Below are positions 19,586 to 30,397 of a stretch of DNA of 64,000 nucleotides, piece after piece. Below the pieces are notes generated by a model. It saw only the letters and a list, made by a program, of their open reading frames with translations, was not told where the DNA came from and did not search any database. The stretch spans positions 4,601-68,600 of the forward strand of contig JAYZBS010000045.1 in assembly GCA_036338635.1 (NCBI GenBank), given 5' to 3'. Position 1 is the first letter of the stretch. Each line of letters begins with the position of its first letter. A program made the position numbers and the translations under genes. Source of the DNA: Pseudomonadota bacterium (GTDB lineage: Bacteria; Pseudomonadota; Alphaproteobacteria; Rhodobacterales; Rhodobacteraceae).

Positions 19586-20260
19586 GGCTCTATTGCGCAA
19601 AGCGCATAAGAAATTCATGCACTGAATTCAGCGTGGTAGCTGCAATGCAAGAGCAAACCTGCACCAACGACCTACAAGACCAGGAACTGGCCTACCTATA
19701 GCGAAGCGCTCAAGCGCCGGGGCTCGCTGACGATTTGGTTCGATCCCGAGATGAGGTGGGGGGTCGCGGCGACAGGCAAGCGTGGCCGCCGGCAGAGCTA
19801 CAGCGATGCCACCATCCAAACCTGCCTTTTCATGAAGGTGCTGTTCGGAATGGTGGACATCGGAGCGCCATTGGTCCGAGCGACAATGTCGACCAGGCAG
19901 ACGACAGGATTTGTCGAAAGACTGTTGCGTCAGGTCGGCCTTGACTGGTCGGTGCCCGACTTCAGTACCCTGAGCCGCCGCCAGAAGACTGTCGCCGTCA
20001 ACATCCCGTATCGTGGCTGCAAAGGGCTGTTGCACCTGCTGATAGACAGCACCGGCATCAAGGTCGAGGGCGAAGGCGAGTGGCGCATCGTCACCGGTCC
20101 GAGCGTGCCGCGAACGTCCTACCCGACCTGCTCAGCCAGATCCCGGCCGACGAGGAAATCGGCAGGGGTGAGCCCCGCGAACGCTGATGGCGCCTATGGT
20201 TCGCGCAAGTGCTATGATGCGATCGCTGACTGCGGCGCCCACGCGATCATCCCGCCCCAC
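19586..20260 (+). mobile_element. Degenerate IS5-family (IS903 group) element
   Basis: Left IR GGCTCTATTGCGCAAA (14/16 identity to the intact copy at 44505); YKTRNW..LKRRGSLTIWFDP, DSTG, DGAY; internal deletion and frameshifts. Confidence 0.85.
19850..19893. repeat. Palindromic mini-insert, copy 1 (in-frame, in the IS5 transposase)
   Basis: ATGG + 32 nt (TGGACATCGGAGCGCCATTGGTCCGAGCGACA) + ATGT; net +12 codons versus the intact transposase at 44569. Confidence 0.75.
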
Positions 20261-20722
20261 CGTATTGGCAGCTCGCGCACCCGAAAGACCATGGCCGCGC
20301 CTTGGACCTTTCCGCTCTTGACCGGAACAAAGCGCATCGTGGGTTGCATAGCTGCCTCGCAGATGGCCTCCGCATTGGCGGCATCATCCTTCTGGCGCCT
20401 CACATAGGGCTTCACATAAGCAGGCGGGATCAACCGCACGTGATGGCCCAGCTTGCCGATCTCGCGACTCCAAAAATGGGCACCGCCACAGGCCTCCATC
20501 GCCAATGCAAGCGGGCAGCTAGCCGAAAAATTCCAGCACCTGAGCCCGCCGTATCTTCTTGCGCAGGACGGCCCCCCTGCGCCGTCGGCTCCATGCACTC
20601 GGAAAACATTCTCTGCCAGGTCGAGCCCGACCGTGATAATCTTCGACATGACCGCTCCCCTCTGTGGATCGTTGCAGACCCACCTTGGCATACAGATGCC
20701 GTCGGGGGGCGGTCACATCATC
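20261..20722 (-). mobile_element. IS110-family transposase 5' fragment with upstream end
   Basis: MSKIITVGLDLA (ATG 20649), MEACGGAHFW, IPPAYVKPY, DAANAEAICEA (DEDD N-terminal domain); frameshifted and truncated. Confidence 0.85.
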
Positions 20723-20870
20723 AGAGCCGTCTGAAGGCGCGATTTGCGCATCCCTCGAGCCACGACCGGCAGCTAAGGGCCGGTGTGAATGGCTAAAGCG
20801 GGAAGCCCAACTCACGAAATATTAGCCACTCAGGTCTGCCGCCGTTGCTCGTGACGGTCGACCATTCCGA

Positions 20871-21626
20871 TCAGCCCGCTGACCAGCCTCCGTCCAGCAT
20901 CAGTGCGCTGCCGGTCATCAGGTTCGAGGCGTCTGAGGCAAGGAAGATCGCGGCGCCGATGATGTCGTCTACCGTGCCGAGGCGGCCGAGCTTGATCTTT
21001 GACAGAACCTCTTCGCGGAATGCGGTATCTTTGAAATAGGGCCGGGTCAGGGGCGTGTCGATGAAGGTCGGGCAGATGGTGTTGACGCGGATGTTATGCG
21101 GACCTAGTTCGATCGCGGCGGCCTTGGTGAAGCCTTCAAGCCCCCATTTCGACGCGCAGTAGAGCGCGCGGCTTGCGGCGCCGACATGGCCCATCTGGCT
21201 CGACATGTTGATGATCGAGCCGGCAATCCCCTCACCCAGCATGCGACGCGTCACCGCCTGCAGCACGAAGATCGCGGCGCGCAGGTTCAGGCCCATGATG
21301 AGGTCGTAATCCTCGGCTGTCAGTTCGGTCAGTGGGCGGGGACGGTTGGTGCCGGCGTTGTTGACCAGGACGTGGAAGGCTGGCCGCGCCTCGATCAGGG
21401 CGGTGAAGGCGGCGATGTCGGTGACGTCAGCCACCATCGCCTCTGCATCGAGGCCGCGAGCGCGCAGGTTCTCCGCGGCGGCCGTCACCTCGTCCTCGCT
21501 GCGGGCGCAGAGGGTGACGGCGGCACCGCGCTCGGCATAGGCGCGCGCGATCGCAAGCCCGATGCCCCGCCCCGCGCCCGTCACCAACGCGCGCTTGCCG
21601 TAAAGGCGGAAGATGTCGCCGCTCAT
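20871..21626 (-). CDS. SDR oxidoreductase
   Basis: [24 protein letters not shown]. Confidence 0.9.
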   Translation of the reverse strand: MSGDIFRLYGKRALVTGAGRGIGLAIARAYAERGAAVTLCARSEDEVTAAAENLRARGLDAEAMVADVTDIAAFTALIEARPAFHVLVNNAGTNRPRPLTELTAEDYDLIMGLNLRAAIFVLQAVTRRMLGEGIAGSIINMSSQMGHVGAASRALYCASKWGLEGFTKAAAIELGPHNIRVNTICPTFIDTPLTRPYFKDTAFREEVLSKIKLGRLGTVDDIIGAAIFLASDASNLMTGSALMLDGGWSAG

Positions 21627-22933
21627 TCTGCCGCCTCGCCATAGGCCACGTTCTGCCCGCCATAGCGGCGCACGCGGATGTTGCACTGCTCGGCATGGCC
21701 GACGAACCCTTCTAGCACGCACAGGCGAGAGCCGTAGGCGCCGATGCTGGCCGCCGCCTCGTCCGTCGTGATGCGCTGGTAGCTGTGGGTCTTGAGGAAC
21801 TTGCCGACCCAGAGCCCGCCGGTATAGCGCCCCGCCTTCTTCGTCGGCAGCGTGTGGTTCGTGCCGATCACCTTGTCGCCATTCGCGACATTGGTGCGCG
21901 GCCCGAGGAACAGCGCGCCATAGCTGTGCATCTGCTCCAGATACCAGTCGTCGCGGTCGGTCATCACCTGCACATGCTCATATGCCATGTCGTTGGCGAC
22001 CTGCAGCATCTCGTCATGGCTGTCGCAGAGGATCACATCGCCATAGTCGCGCCAGCTCGCCGCCGCCGTCTCGGCCGTCGGCAGGATGGTCAGCAGGCGG
22101 TCCACCTCGGCCAGCGCTTCTTCGGCGAGGCGGCGAGAATTGGTGATGAGGCAGGCGGGCGAGTTGTAGCCATGCTCGGCCTGGCCCAGAAGGTCGGTGG
22201 CCACGAGTTCAGCGTCCACGGTGTCGTCGGCGATCACCATCGTCTCGGTCGGCCCGGCGAAGAGGTCGATGCCGACGCGCCCGTAGAGCTGGCGTTTCGC
22301 CTCGGCCACGAAGGCATTGCCGGGACCGACCAGCATATCGACCGGCGCGATCCTCTCGGTGCCAAGGGCCATGGCGCCGACCGCCTGGATGCCGCCGAGC
22401 ACATAAATCTCGTGCGCGCCGGCCATGTGCATGGCGGCGATGACGGCCGGGTTCGGCGCGCCCTTGAAGGGAGGAGTCGCCGCGATGATCCGCGGCACGC
22501 CCGCGACAGCGGCCGTCAGGACTGACATGTGCGCCGAGGCGACCATCGGGAACTTGCCGCCGGGCACGTAGCAGCCGACCGACTGCACGGGGATATTGCG
22601 GTGGCCAAGGACGACGCCGGGCAGCGTCTCGATCTCGATGTCCTGCATCGAGGCGCGCTGTGCCTCGGCGAAGCGGCGCACCTGAGCCTGTGCGAAGTGG
22701 ATATCCTCCAGATCGTGCGGCGAGACCTGGCCGATCAGCGCCTGGATCTGGTCCTCCGTCAGGCGGAAGCTTTCGGGCGTGTAGCCGTCGAACTTCGCGG
22801 CCATCTCGCGCACGGCGGCATCGCCGCGGGTCTCGATGTCCGCCAGCGCCGCTTCGACACTGGCGCGGACGGCCGCGTCATCCTGACTACGCTCGCCCTC
22901 GGGCTTGCCGGTCTTCAGGTGGTGAGTCGCCAT
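21623..22933 (-). CDS. Histidinol-dehydrogenase-family (HpsN-like) dehydrogenase, probably catabolic
   Basis: [54 protein letters not shown]; outside any his operon. Confidence 0.85.
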   Translation of the reverse strand: MATHHLKTGKPEGERSQDDAAVRASVEAALADIETRGDAAVREMAAKFDGYTPESFRLTEDQIQALIGQVSPHDLEDIHFAQAQVRRFAEAQRASMQDIEIETLPGVVLGHRNIPVQSVGCYVPGGKFPMVASAHMSVLTAAVAGVPRIIAATPPFKGAPNPAVIAAMHMAGAHEIYVLGGIQAVGAMALGTERIAPVDMLVGPGNAFVAEAKRQLYGRVGIDLFAGPTETMVIADDTVDAELVATDLLGQAEHGYNSPACLITNSRRLAEEALAEVDRLLTILPTAETAAASWRDYGDVILCDSHDEMLQVANDMAYEHVQVMTDRDDWYLEQMHSYGALFLGPRTNVANGDKVIGTNHTLPTKKAGRYTGGLWVGKFLKTHSYQRITTDEAAASIGAYGSRLCVLEGFVGHAEQCNIRVRRYGGQNVAYGEAAE

Positions 22934-22959
22934 GGTCTCTCCTTCTTTGCTTGCGGGGC

Positions 22960-23727
22960 TCAGCCCAGCATTCCTGTGTCGCCGCAGACGGACAGTGCTT
23001 GTCCCGATATCGTTCGACCGCGCGGGCTGGCGAGGAAGAGGATCTGGTCCGCGATCTGCTGCGGGCTTACGTAGTCCCGGATCGAGGTATAGGAAAACGC
23101 CTCGGTCTCGGCCTCGGCGAAGCCGATTCCGCGTGCATCGGCGCGGGATTGCAGCACCCGCCGCTGCCGTTCACCTGCCACGAGGCCGGGCAGGACTGCG
23201 TTGACGCGGATGCGGTCATCGCCCAGCTCCGCCGCCATGGATTTGGTCAGGCCGATCACCCCCCATTTCGCCGCCGCATAAGGGCTGCGGAGCCGGAACC
23301 CGAGCCGGCCGGCGAGCGAGGAGATGTTCACGATAGACGGGTTTTCGCTGCGCCGCAGATGCGGCACTGCGCGGCCGATGGTGACGAACTGGCTGGTCAG
23401 GCAGACGGAAAGGCAACGCTCAATCTCGATGAGGTCCAGCTCTTCGATCCGGCCCGTCGGCCCTGCGATACCGGCGTTGTTCACAAGGCAGTCGAGGCCG
23501 CCCAGTTGGTCCGCCGTCCGCGTCACGAAAGCGCCAAGGGCTGCGTGGTCCGAGACATCGACCATCTCACGCAGGACCTCGACCGGCAGGGCGGCCAGTG
23601 CGTCCGCGTCGATGTCGCAGGTGGCGACGCGTGCGCCTTCGGCGAGAAAAGCCTCGACGATGGCGCGGCCGATGCCCCCGGCGCCTGCCGTCACGATCAC
23701 CCGTGCGCCTTGCAATTGCATATCCAT
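22960..23727 (-). CDS. SDR oxidoreductase
   Basis: [29 protein letters not shown]. Confidence 0.9.
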   Translation of the reverse strand: MDMQLQGARVIVTAGAGGIGRAIVEAFLAEGARVATCDIDADALAALPVEVLREMVDVSDHAALGAFVTRTADQLGGLDCLVNNAGIAGPTGRIEELDLIEIERCLSVCLTSQFVTIGRAVPHLRRSENPSIVNISSLAGRLGFRLRSPYAAAKWGVIGLTKSMAAELGDDRIRVNAVLPGLVAGERQRRVLQSRADARGIGFAEAETEAFSYTSIRDYVSPQQIADQILFLASPRGRTISGQALSVCGDTGMLG

Positions 23728-23746
23728 GTCGGGTCCTTTCGAAAGG

Positions 23747-25002
23747 TCAGCGGCCGGTCAGCGCCAGCGACAGCCAAGGCACGAAGCTGATGATCACCAA
23801 AAGCCCCAGCATCAGCGCCACGAAGGGCAGCACCACCACGGACAGCCGCGCAATGGGAAACTTGGCCAGGGTGGACGCAATGAAGAAGTTCAGCCCTACC
23901 GGCGGCGTGAACATCCCCATTGCCAAGTTCACCACCATGATAATCCCGAAATGCACCGGGTGGATGCCGAAGTTGATGGCGATGAGCAGAAGGATGGGGG
24001 TGAAGATCAGGATCGCGGCCGCCGCCTCCAGGAACATCCCGACGAAGAGCAGGAGCAGGTTCACCAGGATGATGAAGAGCCAGGGGCTCTCGATGGCGCC
24101 GATTACGAAGTCAGAGATGGCGGCCGGCACCTGCAGCGACAGGATGATGCGGCCGTAGAGGCCGGCCGTCGCGATGATCGACAGCACCACCGCCGAGGTG
24201 ATGGCGCTGTCTCTGAGGATTACTGGCAGGGCGCGCACCGGCAGCTCGCGGTAGATCAGGACGCCGACCAGCAGCGAATAGACGACGGCGATGACGGCTG
24301 CCTCCGTCGGCGTGACGACGCCGCCATAAATGCCGCCCAAGATAAGCGCAGGCATCAGCAGCGCCAGGATGGCCTTGCGACCGGCGCGGCCGATCTCGGC
24401 CAAGCTGGCGCGCTCGTCGCGGACCGCCGGGTGACGAAGGGCATGCAGCCAGGCGAAGATCATCAGCCCGCCGACGACGACGAAGCCGGGCAGAAAGCCC
24501 GCTGCGAACATATCGCCGACGGACTGGTTCGCCGAGATCGCATAAAGGATCAGCGGGATCGAGGGCGGGATGATGACGCCGAGCGCGCCCGAGGCCGCCT
24601 GGTTCGCTGCCGCATAGGAGGCGCTGTAGCCCTGCGCGACCATGGCCGGGATCAGGATCGCGCCCACGGCGGCCGTGGTCGCCGCGCCCGAGCCCGAGAT
24701 GGCGGCGAAGAAGGCCGAGGTGACGATGGCAACCATGGCGAGCCCGCCATTCATGCTGCCGACCAAGGTGCGCGAGAAGGCGACCACCCGCTGCGAGATG
24801 CCGCCCTGTTGCATCAGGTTGCCGGCCAGGATGAAGAACGGGATCGCCAGAAGGGGGAACGAGTTGATCGAGCGGATCATCTCTTGCGGGACGATCAGCA
24901 TGGGCATCAGATCGTCGCGATGGCGGCGAGGCCAAGCGCGAAGGCTACGGGCACGCCCGCGAGCAGCAACACCAGGAGGACGCCAAAGAGGATCGCGGTC
25001 AT
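23747..25002 (-). pseudogene. dctM: TRAP large permease DctM, frameshifted near 24910
   Basis: ATG at 25002 gives MTAILFGV...LAAIATI-stop; the rest (SFPLLAIPFF, SGSGAA, IIPPSI, TPTEAA, TPPVG) continues in another frame. Confidence 0.85.
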
Positions 25003-25499
25003 GCCGTCTGCTCCTGCCGCGTGCGCAGGCTATCCGCGATCACCGCCAGCGCGTTCAGCACGATCATTGCGGCCCCGGCAGGCATGGCGGCATATAGCCA
25101 AGCCATCGAGACGCGGGTGCTTGGGGCGGTTTGCGGCAGCACGCGCTGTGTGATCGCCAGCCCTTCGCGCAGTAGCACCAACGCAAAGAGTGCGGATGCG
25201 AGCGCGACGACGATCCTCAGCACCGTGACCATACGCGGGCCCATCAGGCTGGGCAGCAGCTCGACCGCGATAAGGGCGCCGTAGCGGTAGGCATAGGCTG
25301 CGCCCAGCATTGTCAGCCAGACCGTCGAGAAGCGCGCGACCTCCTCCGAGAAGGTCAGCGAGTTGCCCATCACGTAGCGGGCGAAGACCTGCCAGCTGAT
25401 CAGCACCGTCATCACGGCCATCAGCGCCGCCATGAGCCAGCCGATCACCCAGTTGACCCCGTCAACGCCGCGCACGAAGGCGCCCAGAACAGCCTGCAT
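24999..25499 (-). CDS. dctQ: TRAP small permease DctQ
   Basis: QVFARYV..SLTFSEEVARF; four TM helices. Confidence 0.88.
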   Translation of the reverse strand: MQAVLGAFVRGVDGVNWVIGWLMAALMAVMTVLISWQVFARYVMGNSLTFSEEVARFSTVWLTMLGAAYAYRYGALIAVELLPSLMGPRMVTVLRIVVALASALFALVLLREGLAITQRVLPQTAPSTRVSMAWLYAAMPAGAAMIVLNALAVIADSLRTRQEQTA

Positions 25500-25557
25500 C
25501 GTCACCCCTCTCGTAGTTGTGGGTGTGGCCGGAGCAGGGCGCCCCGGCCGTGCCGCC

Positions 25558-26532
25558 TCAGGACGAGGTCGCTTGCGCCGCTTCGACCAGTTCGGCGCCG
25601 ACCGTGTCCTTCCACTGCTCGATCACGGGCTGCACCCGCTCGCGGAACGGCTCGAGATCGGGGCGGGTCACGGTCATGCCCAAGGTTTCCAGCTCAGCAA
25701 TCAGCTCCTCTTCCATCCGCTACAAGGCTTCGCGCTGGACCGGCACGGCCAGGGCCGCGGCCTCCATCACGATGGCCTTGTCCTCTTCGGACAACGAGTT
25801 GAAGAGCTGCGCGCCCATCATCAGCGGCGCAGGGGAATAGACGTGCTGCGTCAGGTTCAGGTAGCGCTGCACGTCGTAGAACTTGACGTCGTAAATGGTC
25901 GGGATCGGGTTCTCTTGGCTGTCCATCACGCCCTGCTGCAGCGCGGTGAACACCTCGGTCCAGGCCATAGGCGAGGCGTTGGCGCCAAGCGCGGTCCAGG
26001 TGTCCACCTGCACGCGGCTTTCCTGCGTGCGGTGGCGGATGCCGTTCAGATCGTCCGGGCTATTCAGCGGCCGCACGTTGTTTGTGTTATGCCGGAAGCC
26101 GTTCTCCATCCAGCCGAGGATCTTCACGCCGGCATCGTTCTCCAGCTTCTCGGCCAGCGCCTCGCCATGCTCGCCGTCGAGGAAGCCATAAGCCGCCTCG
26201 GCGCTGGTGAAGATATATGGCAGGTCGAACAACAGGAAATCGTTGACGAAGCCACCCATCGGCCCGGTCGAGGTGATGCCCATGTCGATGAGACCGAAAC
26301 CCATTCCCTCGACCACCTCGCGCTCGGCGCCCAAGGCATTGTCGTATTGCGGGCGGATGGTCAGGCGGCCGTCGGAAAGCCGCTCCAGCTCCTCACCAAA
26401 CTTGTGGACGCCCACGGCCTGGTGTGATTCCGGACCGAGGGGCAGGCTGACCTCGAAAGTCCGCGTCTCCTGCGCACCGGCAGCGCCTGCCGCCAGCAAA
26501 AGCACCGGAATGATCGTGGTGAAGTGCCGCAT
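25558..26532 (-). pseudogene. dctP: TRAP solute-binding protein DctP with in-frame TAG at 25720-25722
   Basis: DLNGIRHRT, SPMAWTEVFTALQQGVMDSQEN; the frame continues past TAG (RMEEELIAELETLGMTV...) to TGA at 25558. Confidence 0.88.
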
Positions 26533-26710
26533 GATATCTCCTCTCGTCGATGGACTGGCACCCCCTCCTCAGGGCATTCCGCCAGCAGCTACACCGTGAT
26601 CTCACTTAAGCGTAAGGCTGCCGAATGTAGATCGTCAACAGGTATATTTACCCTATTATTGCTGGAAAAAGCGCTGACTGAAAGACATTATCACCAGAAA
26701 TAAGCAATAA

Positions 26711-27448
26711 GTGAGGTCACGGTTGCAAGACGCAGCGGCGGCAGCGGCGCAGAGCGACGGTTGGTCCCGAATCGGCCCCCTTGCCCTGCGCGAGGGGCAG
26801 ACGGCGCAGGCCCAGATCTACTCCGCGCTGCGTGAGGCGTTGATCAGCGGCTACTTTCGCCCCGGCGAAGAGATCAGCCTGCGCCGCGCCGCCGCCGTTC
26901 TTGGAACCAGCGTCACGCCCGTGCGCGAGGCGCTGCGCCAACTGGAAAGCGACGGCGGGCTCGAGGTCTTCGGCGGCAACCGGGTCCTGCGCGTCCCGGT
27001 GCTCGGCCCGGCCGAGCTGCTGGACATCCGCGACATCCGGATCAACCTCGAGGGCTTTGCCGCCGAAGTGGCAATCGGGGGCATGCGTCCCTCACGGCTT
27101 CGTCTGATCGAGAACGCGTGCCGATTGATGCAGCGTGCTGCGGATGCCGGGGATGCGGACATGTATCTGGAGAACAACTGGCGCTTTCATTCGCTGATCT
27201 ACGAGGCGGCCGAGCGGCCGGTGCTGATGGGACTGATCCGCGGCATGTGGCTGCGCGTCGGTCCGCTGATCCGCACCGCCGTCACGGCACCGCTGCATTT
27301 CGACCGCTCGATGAGCAGCCACGACGCGGCCATGGAGGCGCTGCGTCGGGGCGACGGCGCCGCGCTGCGGGACGCGATCATCCGCGACATCAGTGATGCG
27401 GCCGCCGACCTGACTGCCGCGCCCGCCGGCGCAGCGCGGTCGGCATGA
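26711..27448 (+). CDS. GntR family (FCD) regulator
   Basis: GTSVTPVREALRQL; NWRFH; divergent from dctP. Confidence 0.88.
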   Translation: MRSRLQDAAAAAAQSDGWSRIGPLALREGQTAQAQIYSALREALISGYFRPGEEISLRRAAAVLGTSVTPVREALRQLESDGGLEVFGGNRVLRVPVLGPAELLDIRDIRINLEGFAAEVAIGGMRPSRLRLIENACRLMQRAADAGDADMYLENNWRFHSLIYEAAERPVLMGLIRGMWLRVGPLIRTAVTAPLHFDRSMSSHDAAMEALRRGDGAALRDAIIRDISDAAADLTAAPAGAARSA

Positions 27449-27470
27449 CCGGCAAAGGGAGAGGGAAACC

Positions 27471-28379
27471 ATGTCACGAAGCATCGCCGTCATCGGCTGC
27501 GGCCTGATCGGCCGCGCCTGGAGCATCGTCTTTGCGCGCGCAGGCTGCGACGTCCGCCTGTGGGACCCTGTCCCCGCGGTGCGCGACGCGCTGCCGGGCC
27601 TTCTGGAGGCGACGATTCAGGTCAGCGGTGACGATCCGGATGCCCTGCAGCGAATTCAGATCGTCGACACGCTGCAGGACGCCCTAGCCGGCGCCGAGTG
27701 GGTGCAAGAAAACGGCCCCGAGCAGCTGGACATCAAGCGCGACCTCTACGCGCAGATGGACGCCGTCGCCGCGCCGGACACGATCCTCGCCTCGTCCAGT
27801 TCGGCGCTGGTCGCCTCCAGCTTCGCGGCGGGCCTTGCGGGGCGGAGCAGAATCCTCGTCGCTCATCCCGTCAACCCGCCGCATGTGATCCCCGTGGTTG
27901 AGCTGTGCCCCGCGCCCGACACTGCGCCCGAGGTGGTGGACCGGGCCGAGGCGCTGATGCGCGACGTGGCGCAGGTGCCCGTCCGCATGACCCGCGAGGT
28001 AGACGGCTTCGTGCTGAACCGCCTGCAGGCGGTCGTGCTGGCCGAGGCGCTGTCGCTGATCGAGCAGGGCATCGTCACCCCGCAGGGACTGGACGACACG
28101 ATGGCCCACGGGCTCGGCCGCCGCTGGACGCTGATGGGGCCGATGGCGACGATCAACCTGAATGCACCGGGCGGCGTGGCGGATTATCTGAACCGCTACG
28201 GCCCCACCATGGCGCGCCTTTCCGATAGCGCCGCGCGGGGCGGGGCGTTCACCGCCAGTGCCGCGCAGATGGTGGCCGAGGCGATGCCCAGCCCGGCAGA
28301 GGTGCCGGTCCTCAGCATGGCGCGCGACCGCCGGCTGGCCGCCCTGACCCGCCACCTGAACGCAGAAAAGGAGACGTAA
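27471..28379 (+). CDS. 3-hydroxyacyl-CoA dehydrogenase family (L-gulonate 3-DH / carnitine DH-like)
   Basis: GCGLIG, QENGPE, SSSS, AHPVNPPH, GFVLNRLQ. Confidence 0.88.
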   Translation: MSRSIAVIGCGLIGRAWSIVFARAGCDVRLWDPVPAVRDALPGLLEATIQVSGDDPDALQRIQIVDTLQDALAGAEWVQENGPEQLDIKRDLYAQMDAVAAPDTILASSSSALVASSFAAGLAGRSRILVAHPVNPPHVIPVVELCPAPDTAPEVVDRAEALMRDVAQVPVRMTREVDGFVLNRLQAVVLAEALSLIEQGIVTPQGLDDTMAHGLGRRWTLMGPMATINLNAPGGVADYLNRYGPTMARLSDSAARGGAFTASAAQMVAEAMPSPAEVPVLSMARDRRLAALTRHLNAEKET

Positions 28380-28380
28380 G

Positions 28381-29312
28381 ATGCCCGCAGCCCGCAAGGT
28401 CGTCATCACCTGCGCCGTCACTGGCGCGATCCACACCCCGTCCATGTCCCCGCACCTGCCGGTCAGCGCCAGCGAGATCGCCGAAGCCGCCATCGGAGCG
28501 GCCGAGGCCGGTGCCGCCATCGTCCACCTGCACGCCCGCGACCCCGATGACGGTCGCCCCGACCAGACGCCGGAGGCCTTTGAGCCGTTCCTGCGGGTGA
28601 TCAAGCAACGCTCGGACTGCGTCGTGAATATCACCACGGGCGGGGCGCCAACGATGAGCATCGCCGAGCGCGTCCGTCCTGCCGCCACTTGGAAGCCCGA
28701 GCTCGCCTCGCTGAACATGGGCTCGATGAATTTTGGCCTCTTCCCGATGCTGAAGCGGTTCGAGTCGGACCTGAAGCATGAGTGGGAACGGACCTACCTC
28801 GCCGACAAGGGCATCCTCTTCCGCAACACATTTGCGGACATCGAGCACATCCTGACGACGCTCGGCGCCAATGGCACCCGCTTCGAGTTCGAGTGCTATG
28901 ACACCGCCCATCTCTACAACCTCAAGCATTCGTCGATGCGGGGCTGGTCGAGGGGCCGCTGTTCATCCAGACGGTCTTTGGCCTGATGGGCGGGATCGGC
29001 GCCCATCCCGACGACGTCATGCACATGAAGCGCACGGCGGACCGGCTGTTTGGCGACAACTACCGCTGGTCCGTCCTCGGCGCTGGCCGCAACCAGTTGC
29101 CCCTCGCGGCCATGGCGGCCGCCATCGGTGGTCATGTGCGTGTGGGCCTCGAGGACTCGATCTGGGCCGGGCCGGGCAAGCTTGCAGAGAGCAACGCCCA
29201 GCAGGTCCGCGCGGCGCGTCAGATCATCGAAGGGCTGGGGCTCGAGGTCGCGACCCCCGACGAGGCGCGCGGCCTGCTAGCGCTGATGGGGAGAGACAAG
29301 ACATCCTTTTGA
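28381..29312 (+). pseudogene. Beta-keto acid cleavage enzyme (BKACE/Kce, DUF849), -1 frameshift at ~28930
   Basis: ITCAVTG, IVHLHARD, ECYD, RVGLED; CATTCGTC where CATTTCGTC would restore HFVDAGL..PLFIQTVFG. Confidence 0.88.
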
Positions 29313-29370
29313 GTGAGGCATTCGGATGGCGGCTAGTCGGAGACGACTAGCAGAACTGAAGGAGCTTCAA

Positions 29371-29575
29371 TGTTAATTAGGTGTTTGATCCCATGGTTTG
29401 ATGGTGCGATCCTTTCCGCGGAATGGAAGGAAGCATTATGGGCCAAGTTCGTCACGGAAGCGCCACGACCACGCACGCCGTCAGAGCTGCAATACAGCGA
29501 TCGCAAGCTTCGCTCGCAAGGCTGAGCCGGGAGCTTGGCATCAACCCAAAGACAGTGGCGAAATGGCGCAAGCCC
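29371..29575 (+). mobile_element. IS481-family 5' fragment
   Basis: TGT-starting end; MGQVRHGSATTTHAVRAAIQRSQAS..GINPKTVAKWRK from ATG 29438. Confidence 0.75.
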
Positions 29576-29645
29576 GCAAATCATCGCCTTGTTCTGGATG
29601 GAATTTTCTGGATCGCGCGGACCGGCTCTCCTTGGCGTGACTGTA
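29576..29645 (+). mobile_element. IS5-family (DUF4096-type) N-terminal fragment
   Basis: NHRLVLDGIFWIARTGSPWRD. Confidence 0.65.
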
Positions 29646-29691
29646 TCGACCCAGTGAAACCTGCTCATGCTACAAGGAGTAAAACGTAGCG

Positions 29692-30305
29692 ATGAGTGGA
29701 CCATTGGAAGACGTCGACAAGCGGTGGACGGCCAAGCGTAAGTCGGCGCTGGTCATCGAGATCATTCAGGGCAAGACGACGGTGGCGGAAGCCAGCCGCA
29801 GCTATGACCCTTCTCCATCGGAGATCGAAGGCTGGGTTGGTGATGCCCGTCGGGGCATGGAGAACGCACTGCGGACAAACCCGCTCGATGTTCGCCAGGA
29901 ATACGAGAAGCGGTTCCGGGATCTACAGGAAGCCTATGGCGAGGCTATGCTGGAGCTGCGCGCGCGATAAAGTTGGCGGCCCTCATGGTGAGCCATTGAG
30001 CCGCCATCGGTCCGAGGCCAATGGCGAACGGAGGACGACAATTGATCCGGACGCTTCATGAGGGCCTTCTGGCGGATGGCATCAGAGTGTCGCTGGTGAA
30101 GCTCTGCGCCTGGTTCGGCGTCCCGCGGCGGACGGTGTATTACAAACCCGTCAAGGCCGCGCCGGAGGTCGATCCCCGCTTCGCCGAGCCGATCAAGGCC
30201 ATGATCGAGGAAAACCCGTCGTTCGGCTATCGGACGGTGGCATTTCTGCTGGGCTTCAACAAGAACACCGTGCAGCGGATCTTCCAGCTGAAGAACTTGC
30301 AGTGA
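29692..30305 (+). mobile_element. IS3-family remnant: DUF1153 orfA plus truncated orfB
   Basis: RWTAKRKSALVIEIIQGKTTVAEASR; orfB LCAWFGVPRRTVYY..PSFGYRTVA..NKNTVQRI. Confidence 0.85.
29985..30029. repeat. Palindromic mini-insert, copy 2 (IS3 orfA/orfB junction)
   Basis: ATGG + 32 nt (TGAGCCATTGAGCCGCCATCGGTCCGAGGCCA) + ATGG; GCCATTG/CAATGGC stem. Confidence 0.75.
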
Positions 30306-30397
30306 CCTGCCCCTCGGAACGTCTCTCGGTTTAATGTAGAGTTTGCTTCATCACGAAGGAGCAGATGACATGAGAAAAAGCCGCTTCACCGAGGCGC
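30303..30397 (+). mobile_element. Second IS3-family left end with orfA stub
   Basis: TGACCTGCCCC end; MRKSRFTEA from ATG 30370. Confidence 0.7.

Noticed and set aside
21623-22933. Annotation as biosynthetic hisD
   Set aside because: No his genes nearby; the context is catabolic and the C-terminal motifs resemble the HpsN-like branch.
25720-25722. In-frame TAG in dctP as pyrrolysine or programmed readthrough
   Set aside because: No pyl genes are present, and the partner dctM is also broken; a nonsense mutation is simpler.
29333-29350. CTAGTCG-GAGA-CGACTAG hairpin as a terminator
   Set aside because: Perfect stem but no U-tract on either side; function unsupported.
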